From assembly GCF_002113885.1 (NCBI RefSeq), contig NW_018408679.1:234324-298323 (forward strand): a stretch of 64,000 nt of DNA, read 5' to 3'. This stretch comes from Mizuhopecten yessoensis (lineage: Eukaryota). Of the stretch, positions 53,901 to 63,604 are shown in pieces. The notes under the pieces were generated by a model, which made no database searches, was not told the DNA's origin, and saw nothing but the letters and a program-made list of their open reading frames with translations. Both the position numbers and the translations under genes were made by a program. Every line of letters starts with the position of its first letter. Within the stretch, counting starts at the first letter, position 1.

Positions 53901-56900
53901 ACATGTGTATATGTCGGGTTAAGTGTAAGGTGTAAGACAGAGGATAAAGAAACAGTAATACGTAGGAGACGTAACACAATACCTGTATGTCAGACTGTTT
54001 GCTGTAGTTTCCGGATTCAGTCACGATTTCTGTTGGTATCCAGCAGTATCGGTCAGCTGGAATAAAAACTCCAAAGTCATTTCGACAAATAAAACAAGGC
54101 AAATACAGAAAAGTAAACTAAGCCGTGATTTGAACTCAAAATATATGAAATTAGGGCAAATTATGGACAAAAGAGGTATATTAAAAAGTAAAAGAATGAT
54201 AACATAATGTGTTCCAGAAGTAAAAGAGTCTTTTGCATCATCGAAAACACCCAGCATGTAAATCTAGATAAAATCCAAGACATGTCATGCCCTCAAAAGG
54301 AGAACCAGGGAAGTGACAACAAAAGTTCACGGCACAATACCGGCATGATCAAAAATATCGATTTTCATATAGCACATCGAATCATGATGCCGACCAAAGG
54401 CCCCATAGTCAACCTGCATATCTCTAAACCGTGTGTTATTACTTTGTCCGTCAGCATTTGACACCTATCCAAGAAATTGTGATATTCGGAGCAAGCCCGT
54501 GGATATCGAATCAAACTTCACCATGCACACATATAAGTTGGGGAAGAAGAATTGATACTATCATGAAAGAAAAGGTTCCCGGTATCAACATCAAACTTTC
54601 CACTACTATCATATAGCTTGTAAACCATCACTGCTGGTCATGTAAAGATCCACGTATGCGGATGATGCTGAATAGTTTGTAGGGTCAGTGATTTCAAGTT
54701 CAAGAAGGTCAATATTTTAACGTGGTCACTGCATTCCTGGAAGATTATTATAATTTTTAAGGAATGTCTGCTACGATTTTCATATTATATAAATACTACT
54801 GATATTAATTTTGAAGGAATATAATAATTTATTAAAAAAAAAATCATTGGTCAATTGATAAGCGTCCGGAATAAGTTTTGGAAAAGCCTTGGAACTTTCT
54901 TCATATGTAAATATACTGCGCTAAAAAAACGTATCTTGTAGTTGCGACCAGTGCCTCTAAAAGATAACCATAACACAATGACATTCTGTCTAATGAAAAC
55001 ATCTTAAGTTGGTATGGCTCTTCAGTCAAGAAAATCACCAGCATGCAACTTCATTTTTATTTGAATATTACCTGAGGGTAAGACCCAATATGTCACTTGA
55101 GAAATTGCTGCGAGTCTCTAACTTGGAAGTTTTCCAAAATTTTACATTTTTTGCGTTGGCCCGAAAAATACTAATGGCAATTAATATGGGGAAAATAGCC
55201 TCAATATCATTTAACAATCACGAAATGACAATGATGGAAATATCACCTAAGTTATAGGCGTTTTCCTCGTTGAAAAAAATAATATCAATAAAATTCGTTA
55301 AAATTGTCGTGTTTTGCCCCGTATTTTAATTTGATCCCTGAGCGATAAACACTGATGCTTTATGGTACTAAACAGGCATGTCACTGAGAACCGTAAGTTC
55401 TGATTATTTCATTTTTCAGCATTACAGTGCAATAACAACAAGATTTTACTGATGTACTAATTTGGCCACGAACAGGCAGTTAAACAAAATATATTATATT
55501 TTTACTGGTGAAATATCGGGAAATGTTTTCAGTAGAGTGAGAAAATTATAAGATTTTTTATTGGTAACTTTCTCCGATTTAAACCGATGAAAAAGAAGAA
55601 CACAAAAATAATTAATATAACCGTATAGCTTAAAATGTTCTTGTTCGGCATTGGTATTGTGACGTCATCACAGGTCGACGTCATAAAAAAAAACTTTCAG
55701 GAAACAGAATATTTAATGATCTTGCGTTATAACTATTTACATTTCTCGGGTGCGGAAGAATACTTCAATCAATATGTTTTTGTGCTGGTGCAAAATATTA
55801 AAACAGTCTGCCATACACGTGAAATATGTATGGTATTCAAAGAGAAACGTTATCAAATATCCTCTTTTATATTTTATCCTGATCCATGAACTGGTTGTAT
55901 TGACTCCCAACGCGCTACCAGCAAAATCATAACCTTTTAGGTTCAGTATTTGTGTGATAACACGATGACCTAAATTATTCGTAAATGTTTAAAATCATGC
56001 AAAAGTACACATTCAATCTGTATCACTTGTGAAAACCTAAAAACTAGTTTACTAGGATTCAACCGTTCACTGATATTTACAATTTAATTACACCAAATAC
56101 AAATATTTGATTTATTAATTGAAATATAAATATGCAAGACCACACACTTGTGTTTTTCTAACGAATCAGAAAGCACGAGTGTATTGCGCGGACGAATATA
56201 TTCATGAGTGCGCGGAGCTTTTATCACATACCTTCCGTATAAGGTAGAAATCGATACAAAGATTTTATAACTTTGATATTTTTTGCAAATACCGGGAACT
56301 TTTCAGTTCTCCATGACAAGGAGATTCTCATAAAAAGTAGGTCCGGCTAGTAGGTAAATACAACATTCCGTATTCCGTCTTTGGGTATTGCGGAGTTATC
56401 TTCTCTTGTGAGCAGGGATTGATTGTTACGTCATTGGTTTGTGTGAGAAAATTATGTCGTTTTCTCAAAATTTGATGACGTAACTCTCACAAACCAATGA
56501 TGTAACAATCAATACCTGCTCACAAGAGAAGATAACTCTGCAATACGCAAAGACGGAATAGCACATGTGCAATACAGAACGTTGTATTTCATGGTCTGAA
56601 AATTGCTTGTATTACATACTTACTAATAAATACGGTTTTTTTTGTATATGCGATACGACACAATATTAGTTACACGGATTTTTGGCAGGGTATACGGGAT
56701 GGTATGACCATAAAGGGTTTCGTATTTCCTGAGGCCGATAGGCCGAAAGAAATACGAAATCCTGTAGGGTCATACCATCCCGTATACCCTGCCAAAAATC
56801 CGTGTAACTAATATTGTGTCGTATCGCATATACAAAAAAAACCGTATTTATTAGTAAGTATGTAATACAAGCAATTTTCAGACCATGAAATACAACGTTC

Positions 56901-59900
56901 TGTATTGCACATGTGCTANACAGTATGCGAAGCGAAACGTTTTGCCATTTTGTAAACTTGCCCCGCCGCAAGATACAAAGACAGGTGATTGTAAAATCAC
57001 GTGATTCCACCGTATTACTGCTGAGAATCACGTGACATGACCGTATACCCCCTGAGATTGTCGTTTAACCCCTGAGATTTACGAATGCGGGTTGGTACAC
57101 TGTAGTTTTTAACCAATCAGATTCCTAGATTTTTCTCAAAGGGGTAATAATTGCTCTTACCCATATCAGCCTTCGCCGTATCACACCCCAACAGCCGTAT
57201 CAGCCCCCGCCGTATCACACCCAAAAACCCGTATCAGCCCGCAAAACCCGTATCACACCCCTTTTGGATTTTTTTTTCGTTTTTCAATATTTCAAAAGAA
57301 AAAAAATATCAAAAGATAGTAGCTTTTAGTAAGTATGTAATAAACAGAATAAAACATGACTTTTTCCATATCACACCCAGAATCAACCCTCGACTAATAT
57401 CAGCCCTAGGGCCTTCGGCCCTTGGGCTGATATTGCAGTCTCGGGTTGATACTGGGTGTGATATGGAAAAAGGCATGTATTATTCTCTATGTATTACTAT
57501 AACAAGATTCAACAGGTATGTGGTAAATGGTAGTACTACATAGTATATAAAAGCTGACTGCTTGGCTCTTGTTTCTGTAGAGAGGAGGGAGGGATCGGTT
57601 AAAGGAAGTAAGCTATAAGTGATACGTTAAATGAGGTGTTTTAACACGTAAATATTATATCCTGAAAAATAACTAGGCGGACATCATAATAAACAAACAC
57701 AAATGAGGTAAGTAGGATGGAAATAATAAGAACATACATTGATAGCCTGTCATACTATTGCCAGTAATTCTTTTTCGTTTTTGACGAGCAAACACATTGA
57801 CACTTTGGCCAGAGGTTTACCGCCTAAATACCTGCATTAACATTTGCAGGTGCATCAAGTAAGGACACTTAAAACATAACATGGTATATGTGTTGAAAGC
57901 ACGTCATTAACTAAGTATTGTTATTTGAAGCGTTTGGATGAATTTGATGTATGGAATAAGATATAAGAGTGATCTTATAAAGCAACTGGTTCAGATTCCA
58001 GTCACATGTGATGATGACACTGCTAGAAAACACACGGCTAGCTTGATAACAGTTTTTTTTATGCGTAACTGAAATTAATCGTTCTAACGCTTACGTCGTC
58101 TCTGAGAAATGTGACGGCGAAAACTAATTGACTAGTCGTACAGACGAGATTAAAATCATCCATATAAAGGGCAATAACTCTGCAAAAAAACACACAGGAC
58201 AAGTATTTCTGATATGAAGTGTACACAAGTAAAACATAAAATCGTTAGAGAAAGCAATAAGCATCGCAATAATTTTACCTGACATTGGAGAGGTTGGGAA
58301 TAAGGCGCGAGCAGTGCCACCTAGTGTGGGAAGGGAGTACTCGCTCAAACACAGCTTCTCCTCGACATCCACAAGAACGTTACTTGGCTGTACAGATAAA
58401 ACAAACCAAACGGATTTAAAATGTCTGTTTAGTATGAATAATTTAACTTACACACAGTAAATATTTACAAACTAAGACATACGGCTTCTTAGACAAAATA
58501 CGTGGCATATTCCACCTCCATCAGTTCAGGCATAACTTAAAGGGAACATCAACGTTGATCAAAGTATCTGGGATGTTATCCTAATATTTCGGTCCGTGTT
58601 ATAAGGTGCTATATAGCCTCACTTTCAGCTGTTTCCAAATGTCATTTAAACAAATTATGTCAGTATATTATCGGTAGAAAACCACTTAGGGCGCATAAGA
58701 TCAAGAGAGGTCTCACGACGATCGTTCGGGAACAACAGAAATAGAAACCTGATTCAGAAACATTCGTTTATAATCATAACACGACACACATATACAGGAC
58801 CTCGCCTCACCATTATGTTTCCATGTATCATGTCAAAGCTGTCGTGTAGAGACGCCATGCCCTTGAGTATCTGCCAGGTCATCTTGTTGATGGTTAATGG
58901 GTCAAGGTTGATGTCCATCTGTTGCAGGGCCAAATACTCGGACAAGTTGTACTCGTGCAGGTCCATGGCCAGGTAGCACGTGCCTGACTCGATAATGAAG
59001 GCCTACAATGATACAAGCAAATGGCATGTGATCATAATCCTAAATGTGTACCAAGTGGCTAATACATTATGATCACCGTGTCTAACTAGCGGCGTCCACA
59101 TACCATATCACTGTCTCTTTTAACACAAGTAAGTACGTTCTTAGAATTTTTCACGGTAACTTTATTTAAACCTGTCATGTCGGTTTTACAAAGCTGGTAT
59201 ATCAGTAAAGCGAAGAATAAAATCGAGAGAAAAAAAGGTAGAAAAAGTTCCTTTCCACAACATGAAACACTGCCTTTTGGTAGGACAGTTTCTATACACT
59301 GTATATGTATATAATGAAAATTTCTTAAACAAAAATGAGTTTATTCATTTGAGACATTTCAACACGGTTATTTCACCTTACTCAGAAAAACATAACAGCA
59401 TTGAAAGGTCAAGCATGCCTTGCCCATGAAAAAAGAAAGGTAATAAATAATTCAAAGAATATATAGAAAACAAGACATAATATTTCCCTGTGATATGTTT
59501 TGCAATGTTCTGACGTGCCCGTGTCACAAATCGCCGCAGGAAAATGTTTGTGAGATAACCGAAAAGAAACAAAAAGTCAAAGTCAACACATATACAAAGT
59601 CTGAAAGGAAACGTTAGGAAACCCAGGTTAATTAATGAATTGTCTATTCCGTCTTTGCGTATTGCAGAGTTATCTTCTATTGGGAGCAGGTATTGATTGT
59701 TACGTCCTTGGTTTGTGTGGGAAAATTACGTCGTTTTCTCAAAAATTGATGACGTTACTCTCACAAGCAAATGACGTTACAATCAATACCTGCTCACAAG
59801 AGCAGATAACTCTGCAATACGAAAAGACGGAATTGCAAACCTAGTAACAATAAACAGCTAGTAAAAGACACGGACAACGTGGTGATTAGGAAAGATCTCA

Positions 59901-62634
59901 ACAGGTAATACACCAAGAAAGTCATCTGTATAGACAATTGTGTGTCCTTTTTTGTAACACACGATTCGGAGGCCCTTGTGTCGCCAGTCTAATATGACCT
60001 GTTAATACTCACTTGGTTTGTTTTGTTTTACGTCCTATCTATCAGTGATCGTTGACGGCCAGACGCTATAACGACTCAGCTACCGCGGCCTGCGTTTTTA
60101 CTCAAACCGGCACCAACTTCACCATATTAATCGGTCAAATGACCTCCATCATAGATACACCGCGTATACTTAGTTTTGTGGTAACCATCGTAAGTTACGC
60201 ACAAATAACTAAAAAAAAGGACGGCGATCATTTTCGTCCATCATATTGTTTTCAACCAAAACTGAACTGACATAAATCCTAAAAGTTTGATTTGAAATTT
60301 AACATCTTCCGACAAAAGGTGATTGGGACGTCATAATTTCTTGTTACCATGACGACATCGTTTTGATTCTGTCTGGGTGTAAACTGACATACTCTATGGA
60401 AAGACAGAGAACTTATTTTTGAAGAGGTAAATTGGGAGACAGTTCAGTGAAAGGAGGGAGAGATCGTGACTCCCAAGGGGAGTGTATACATGTATGTACC
60501 AGGAGACAGCATGAACACACAAGGGGAGTGTATACATGTATGTACCAGGAGAAATCGTTACCACCCAAGGGGAGTGTATACATGTGAGTACCAGGAGAAA
60601 TCGTGACCACCCAAGGGGAGTGTATACATGTATGTACCAGGAGAAATCGTCACCACCCAAGGGGAGTGTATACATGTATATACCAGGAGAAATCGTGACC
60701 CCCAAGGGGAGTGTATACATGTATGTACCAGGAGAAATCGTTACCACCCAAGGGGAGTGTATACATGTATGTACCAGGAGACAGCATGGCCACCCAAGGG
60801 GAGTGTACACATGTATGTACTAGTAGAAATCGTGACCACCCAAGGGGAGTGTATACAAGTATGTACCAGGAGAAATCGTTACCACCCAAGGGGAGGGTAT
60901 ACATGTATGTACCAGGAGACAGCATGGCCACCCAAGGGGAGTGTACACATGTATGTACTAGGAGAAATCGTGACCACCCAAGGGGAGGGTATACATGTAT
61001 GTACTAGGAGAAATCGTGACCACCCAAGGGGAGTGTATACATGTATGTACCAGGAAAGATCGTGACCACCCAAGGGGAGTGTATACATGTATGTACTAGT
61101 AGAAATCGTGGCCACCCAAGGGGAGTGTATACATGTATGTACCAGGAGAGATCGTGACCACCCAAGGGGAGTGTATACATGTATGTACTAGTAGAAGTCG
61201 TGGCCACCCAAGGGGAGTGTATACATGTATGTACCAGGAAAAATCGTGACCACCCAAGGGGAGTGTATCATGTATGTACTAGTAGAAATCGTGACCACCC
61301 AAGGGGAGTGTATACATGTATGTACCAGGAGAGATCGTGACCCCCAAGGGGAGTGTATACATGTATGTACCAGGATAAATCGTCACCACCCAAGGGGAGT
61401 GTATACATGTATGTACCAGGAGACAGCATGAACATTCGAGGATGTAAGTGTTTATTCATGAGAAATACTTTTTGTTGCATCGGTGACGATGTTATAAAAA
61501 TGGTTAAATTACACTGACTTTAATTTGAAATTTGCTTTGCTTGCTAATGTCACCATTAAAAACTTAAAACGCCGTTTTTCGACTTCTTGAAGAAGTTTTT
61601 GTTCATCTATGTTGGCTTCTTAAAGGAGAAGTAGGATGACAATGAGGCCTAGATCGAGTTAGTTATAGAGTCGTAACAACACTTAAGCAATCCAACCAGT
61701 TATTCTGATAATCATTCTTCTTACTTATCTTAATGAGTTCCAATAGACAGGTATTCGTGATTTTGTATGCGTAAGACAGAGTGAAATTGGAGGATATATT
61801 TGTGTGTTTGGGGTCTTGGCATGCACGGCTAAATGACACCCTATAAAAGGGAGCGCTAAGCACATAACGATGAGTTTGCATCATTGAAGAATGCCAGACA
61901 CGCTAATGAGGCTATGATCGCGATTCGAGTCTCCAAATCAATACCAGCACAATTAAAAGGTAAAAATATTGACGAATCTCTTAACGACAAAATGAAGGGG
62001 AAATCAATGTACTCCTTCAATGGTGCTACGAGGCGGTGGCCATGTGACATGGAGACTAAAATCGTGTACCGGAACTCGCGCTCTTCTCACGCTATCGAAA
62101 AGCTACATTTGTATTAGATATGACAGAGAGCAGCAGGCTGTAGTGAGGTTCACGAAAACATATGTATTACACAGAGATGTAATCTGGATTCTCCAATATT
62201 AATGAAAATATGAAAGAAGACAAAAATAGTTGCCAAATGGACGGCCTTCGCTTTATGGTCAGATGATAATAAATGCTAACAAAGCTAAAATGCAGTTGAT
62301 ATTCTTGCTTATTTGTTTTATTTTCTTCTATTTCACAAAAGAAAATAAGAATTACTCGGGAAATAGGATAAATTTACAGGAAACAAACATCCATGTTTCC
62401 CTCGTGCATAATGAAAACATGTGTAATATCACCTGTATAGATCTACTGACAGCACCCACAAACCTCACACCGCAACAGGTACTTACCCGGTACTTCACAA
62501 GGAAATAATGACAGAAGTCCGGTGATGTCAGTTTCTGTAACATGGACTCTGTGACTGGTCGACTAGACAGCTCAATGACGTGAACCGCCACCTCCGTTCC
62601 GTCCATCAGAAGCCCCAGTACCGCCGGGCTGTCC
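38831..62634 (-). CDS. RNase L/IRE1-like pseudokinase-KEN ribonuclease domain protein, 3' part (9 exons in window, 5'-incomplete)
   Basis: Manually spliced minus-strand exons 62487-62634, 58811-59002, 58279-58387, 53983-54056, 51238-51431, 50628-50711, 50044-50119, 48974-49089, 38831-38969. All have AG acceptors; the eight non-terminal exons have GT donors with matching phases (0,0,1,0,2,2,0,2). Joined frame is open: ...LGLLMDGTEVAVH...YLAMDLHEYNLSEY...QILKGMASLH...IHGNIMPSNVLVD...CWIPTE...SDIQVTGMLSYYIMTGGNHPYG...HPYFWANEKRLRF...DWMSQVD...RQYKNTLVELVLFVYNCCLHF...KYFLSKFPTLFMSVF...YKPFF*. Kinase-fold subdomains followed by HPxFW and YF..xFP.L motifs are the IRE1/RNase L architecture. Confidence 0.9.
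39730..39903. repeat. Hairpin element with an internal duplication
   Basis: CTTTTGTGCT..AATATGATGTGATATGAA paired with TTCATATCACATCATATT..AGCACAAAAG; GAATATGATGTGATATGAACCTGAA occurs twice (39753, 39798). Confidence 0.75.
40354..40620. mobile_element. Harbinger-like MITE, about 265 bp
   Basis: Imperfect TIRs GGACCCGCATTCATGA and TCATGAATACGGGCCC in a CTG...CAG context. Confidence 0.62.
42586..42720 (-). mobile_element. tRNA-derived SINE (V-SINE-like), best-preserved copy
   Basis: Minus strand shows A-box-like TGGTGAAGTGG, anticodon-like GCCTTTCACC, B-box GGTTCAATTCC, then GGTTTTCTCTGGGTACCCAGTTTCCTCC. Confidence 0.78.
43510..43642. mobile_element. Solo terminal inverted repeat of the Mutator-like foldback element at 44847-45522
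   Basis: About 130 bp near-identical to 45390-45522 and to the reverse complement of 44847-44978; ends in the same terminus AATAATTCGGACTA. Confidence 0.85.
43915..44130 (+). pseudogene. Mutator-like (MULE) DDE transposase remnant
   Basis: YWSEKILPTIKREGVLQKRLKNNNCKSMNHMLK resembles the MULE motif TNNxxESxNxxLK that carries the catalytic Glu (here Lys); surrounding frames are broken. Confidence 0.55.
44847..45522. mobile_element. Mutator-like foldback MITE, 676 bp, with perfect 9 bp TSD
   Basis: About 200 bp high-identity inverted arms starting TAGTCCGAATTATTCTGACG, weaker symmetry inside; ACATGTGTG duplicated at 44838-44846 and 45523-45531. Confidence 0.9.
45560..46330 (+). mobile_element. 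HINE-like element with three degenerate units of about 200-230 bp
   Basis: ATAACTC(G/T)GTC...ATATC...AAATTTG...CTGATGT(C/T)GCTTACTTT recurs at about 45585, 45813 and 46007. Confidence 0.55.
48974..49089 (-). CDS. RNase L/IRE1-like gene exon: KEN active-site helix (MSQVDPVIMKEMRSFRQYKNTLVELVLFVYNCCLHFEK)
   Basis: tttctctgtag acceptor, AT|gtaagt donor, 116 nt; aligns by eye with RNase L YQNTVGDLLKFIRNLGEH and IRE1 [25 protein letters not shown]. Confidence 0.9.
50044..50119 (-). CDS. RNase L/IRE1-like gene exon: GVPTFGGTGGTMIDIINAVGCDANDW
   Basis: Strong polypyrimidine tttttttttctttatttcag acceptor, TGG|gtaagc donor, 76 nt, phase 2 to 0; ends on the conserved KEN 'DW'. Confidence 0.85.
50628..50711 (-). 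CDS. RNase L/IRE1-like gene exon: HPYFWANEKRLRFVLIAGSDVLRDMKL (kinase/KEN junction)
   Basis: ttacag acceptor, GG|gtaagt donor, 84 nt, phase 2/2; HPxFW motif marks the start of the KEN domain. Confidence 0.92.
51238..51431 (-). CDS. RNase L/IRE1-like gene exon: VTGMLSYYIMTGGNHPYGE...DLLK
   Basis: ttgcag acceptor, AA|gtaagt donor, 194 nt; YY.xTGG.HP.G is characteristic of the IRE1/RNase L C-lobe. Confidence 0.92.
53244..53737. mobile_element. About 490 bp MITE (Kolobok-like, inferred)
   Basis: TAAAGTGTAGGACAT at the left and ATGTCCTACACATCTTTA at the right. Confidence 0.5.
53983..54056 (-). CDS. RNase L/IRE1-like gene exon: DRYCWIPTEIVTESGNYSKQSDIQ
   Basis: tttttattccag acceptor, CAG|gtattg donor, 74 nt, phase 1 to 0; APE-equivalent (W-I-P-T-E) and start of helix F (SDI). 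Confidence 0.88.
54370..54715 (-). pseudogene. Penelope-like retroelement reverse transcriptase C-terminal fossil
   Basis: Minus-strand translation with one frameshift and a stop: LELEITDPTNYSASSAYVDL / KLYDSSGKFD...SSPTY..*SLIRYPRACSEYHNFLDRCQMLTDKVITHG. This parallels the Penelope-like consensus ELEIKDTT..SASYLDL..LYDKRDDF..SPAYGVYISQLIRYARACS..DFL.R...LT.KL..QG. Confidence 0.75.
56371..56560. mobile_element. 190 bp foldback MITE, copy 1 (TA termini)
   Basis: TATTCCGTCTTTG..TATTGC.GAGTTATCTTCTCTTGTGAGCAGG paired with CCTGCTCACAAGAGAAGATAACTCTGCAATACGCAAAGACGGAATA; second copy at 59645. Confidence 0.88.
56559..56918. repeat. 360 bp palindrome with perfect outer arms, ending at an N
   Basis: 56559 to about 56709 is the exact reverse complement of about 56768-56918; mismatches occur only in the central 60 bp or so. 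Confidence 0.9.
57160..57490. mobile_element. Hairpin element with CCGTATCA(C/G) short repeats, TAGTAAGTATGTAATAAA motif and a terminal hairpin of about 145 bp
   Basis: CCGTATCACACCC/CCGTATCAGCCC repeats at 57176-57260; motif at 57327-57344; TTTTTCCATATCACACCCAG pairs with CTGGGTGTGATATGGAAAAA around GGCCTTCGGCC. Confidence 0.7.
58279..58387 (-). CDS. RNase L/IRE1-like gene exon: PSNVLVDVEEKLCLSEYSLPTLGG...PMS
   Basis: gtacag acceptor, G|gtaaaa donor, 109 nt; completes the catalytic loop (HGNIMPSNVL); the DFG position reads EYS. Confidence 0.88.
58811..59002 (-). CDS. RNase L/IRE1-like gene exon: hinge, helix E, start of catalytic loop (AFIIESGTCYLAMDLHEYNL...IHGNIM)
   Basis: cattgtag acceptor, gtgagg donor, 192 nt, phase 0/0; YLAMDLHEYNL resembles YIALELCxxTL; QILKGMASLH is helix E. 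Confidence 0.9.
59645..59834. mobile_element. 190 bp foldback MITE, copy 2
   Basis: Highly similar over its full length to 56371-56560, same long TIRs. Confidence 0.88.
60460..61432. repeat. 46 bp intronic minisatellite, about 21 copies
   Basis: Unit CCAAGGGGAGTGTATACATGTATGTACCAGGAGAAATCGTGACCAC; explains the many overlapping repetitive ORFs here. Confidence 0.95.
62487..62634 (-). CDS. RNase L/IRE1-like gene exon: kinase N-lobe (DSPAVLGLLMDGTEVAVHVIELSS...HYFLVKYR)
   Basis: Donor CGG|gtaagt at 62487. Acceptor tttgttacag at 62635 chosen; alternative acceptors in the same open frame would start the exon at 62668 or 62717, so the 5' boundary is uncertain. DGTEVAV matches the beta3 region of RNase L/IRE1-like kinases. 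Confidence 0.75.
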
Positions 62635-62871
62635 CTGTAACAAATGACATGGGGTTGCACCTCTATATCTGTACAAGTCCCTTTAGTACGTGACATGTCA
62701 TAAATATGAACAGATGTCTGTAAAAGTACCCGTAATACAACTATTGACAAATGAATTAATCATCATCTGTACAAAATAAAACTTGTGACATAACTATGTA
62801 TCCGTCTTTCCCAAACGGCGTACCGAGGGCGAATATTAGTAAACAGCATATTAAACACAGCAATCACATGT

Positions 62872-63266
62872 AAACCAACACTGGGCGAATGAAGATTTTA
62901 CCAGCGTAGGTTTAAACCAACACTCGGCGAATACAGATTTTACAAGCGTAGAGTTAAAGTTTGACAGGGCGAATACAGATTTTACCAGCGTAGGGTTAAA
63001 GTTTGACAGGGCGAATACAGATTTTACCAGCGTAGAGTTAAAGTTTGACAGGGCGAATACAGATTTTACCAGCGAAGAGTTAAAGTTTGACAGGGCGAAT
63101 ACAGATTTTACCAGCTTAGGGTTAAAATTTGACAGGGCGAATACAGATTTTACCAGCGTAGAGTTAAAGTTTGACAGGGCGAATACAGATTTTACCAGCG
63201 TAGGGTTAAAGTTTGACAGGGCGAATACAGATTTTACCAGCGTAGGGTTAAAGTTTGACAGGGCGT
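62872..63266. repeat. 42 bp minisatellite, about 9 copies
   Basis: Unit GGGCGAATACAGATTTTACCAGCGTAG(G/A)GTTAAAGTTTGACA. Confidence 0.95.
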
Positions 63267-63604
63267 AAGATTCCCGGTAAACAGTATCACATAACATGGA
63301 TATGAGTACAGTTGCTTACAACCATATATACGAACGTTGCCTGTACTTTACGAGGTAAATATGGCCACACATATATGCAGAACACCTAATATCATGAAAT
63401 CTAATTAAAGTGCAATCCTATTTCTACGAGTATGGGAGAGGAGTGGATGATTGGGTAGCATAAAGAATATATACAGTCATCTCGTGTCTGATGTATTAAA
63501 TTCTACACATAATGCAGCAGAAATAAACAATCACATTTATTGTTCTTGTGGCATATGCCATGCTGGTCCACTCGTTAAGTAAACAAACTGAACATACAGA
63601 AAGC

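Noticed and set aside
60394-61480. Cluster of overlapping 65-145 aa ORFs on both strands
   Set aside because: All are translations of the 46 bp minisatellite; the unit is not a multiple of 3 and the region is intronic.
38831-62634. Assigning the symbol RNASEL or ERN1/IRE1
   Set aside because: The N-terminal domains are outside the window and the catalytic motifs differ from both; orthology cannot be established by eye.
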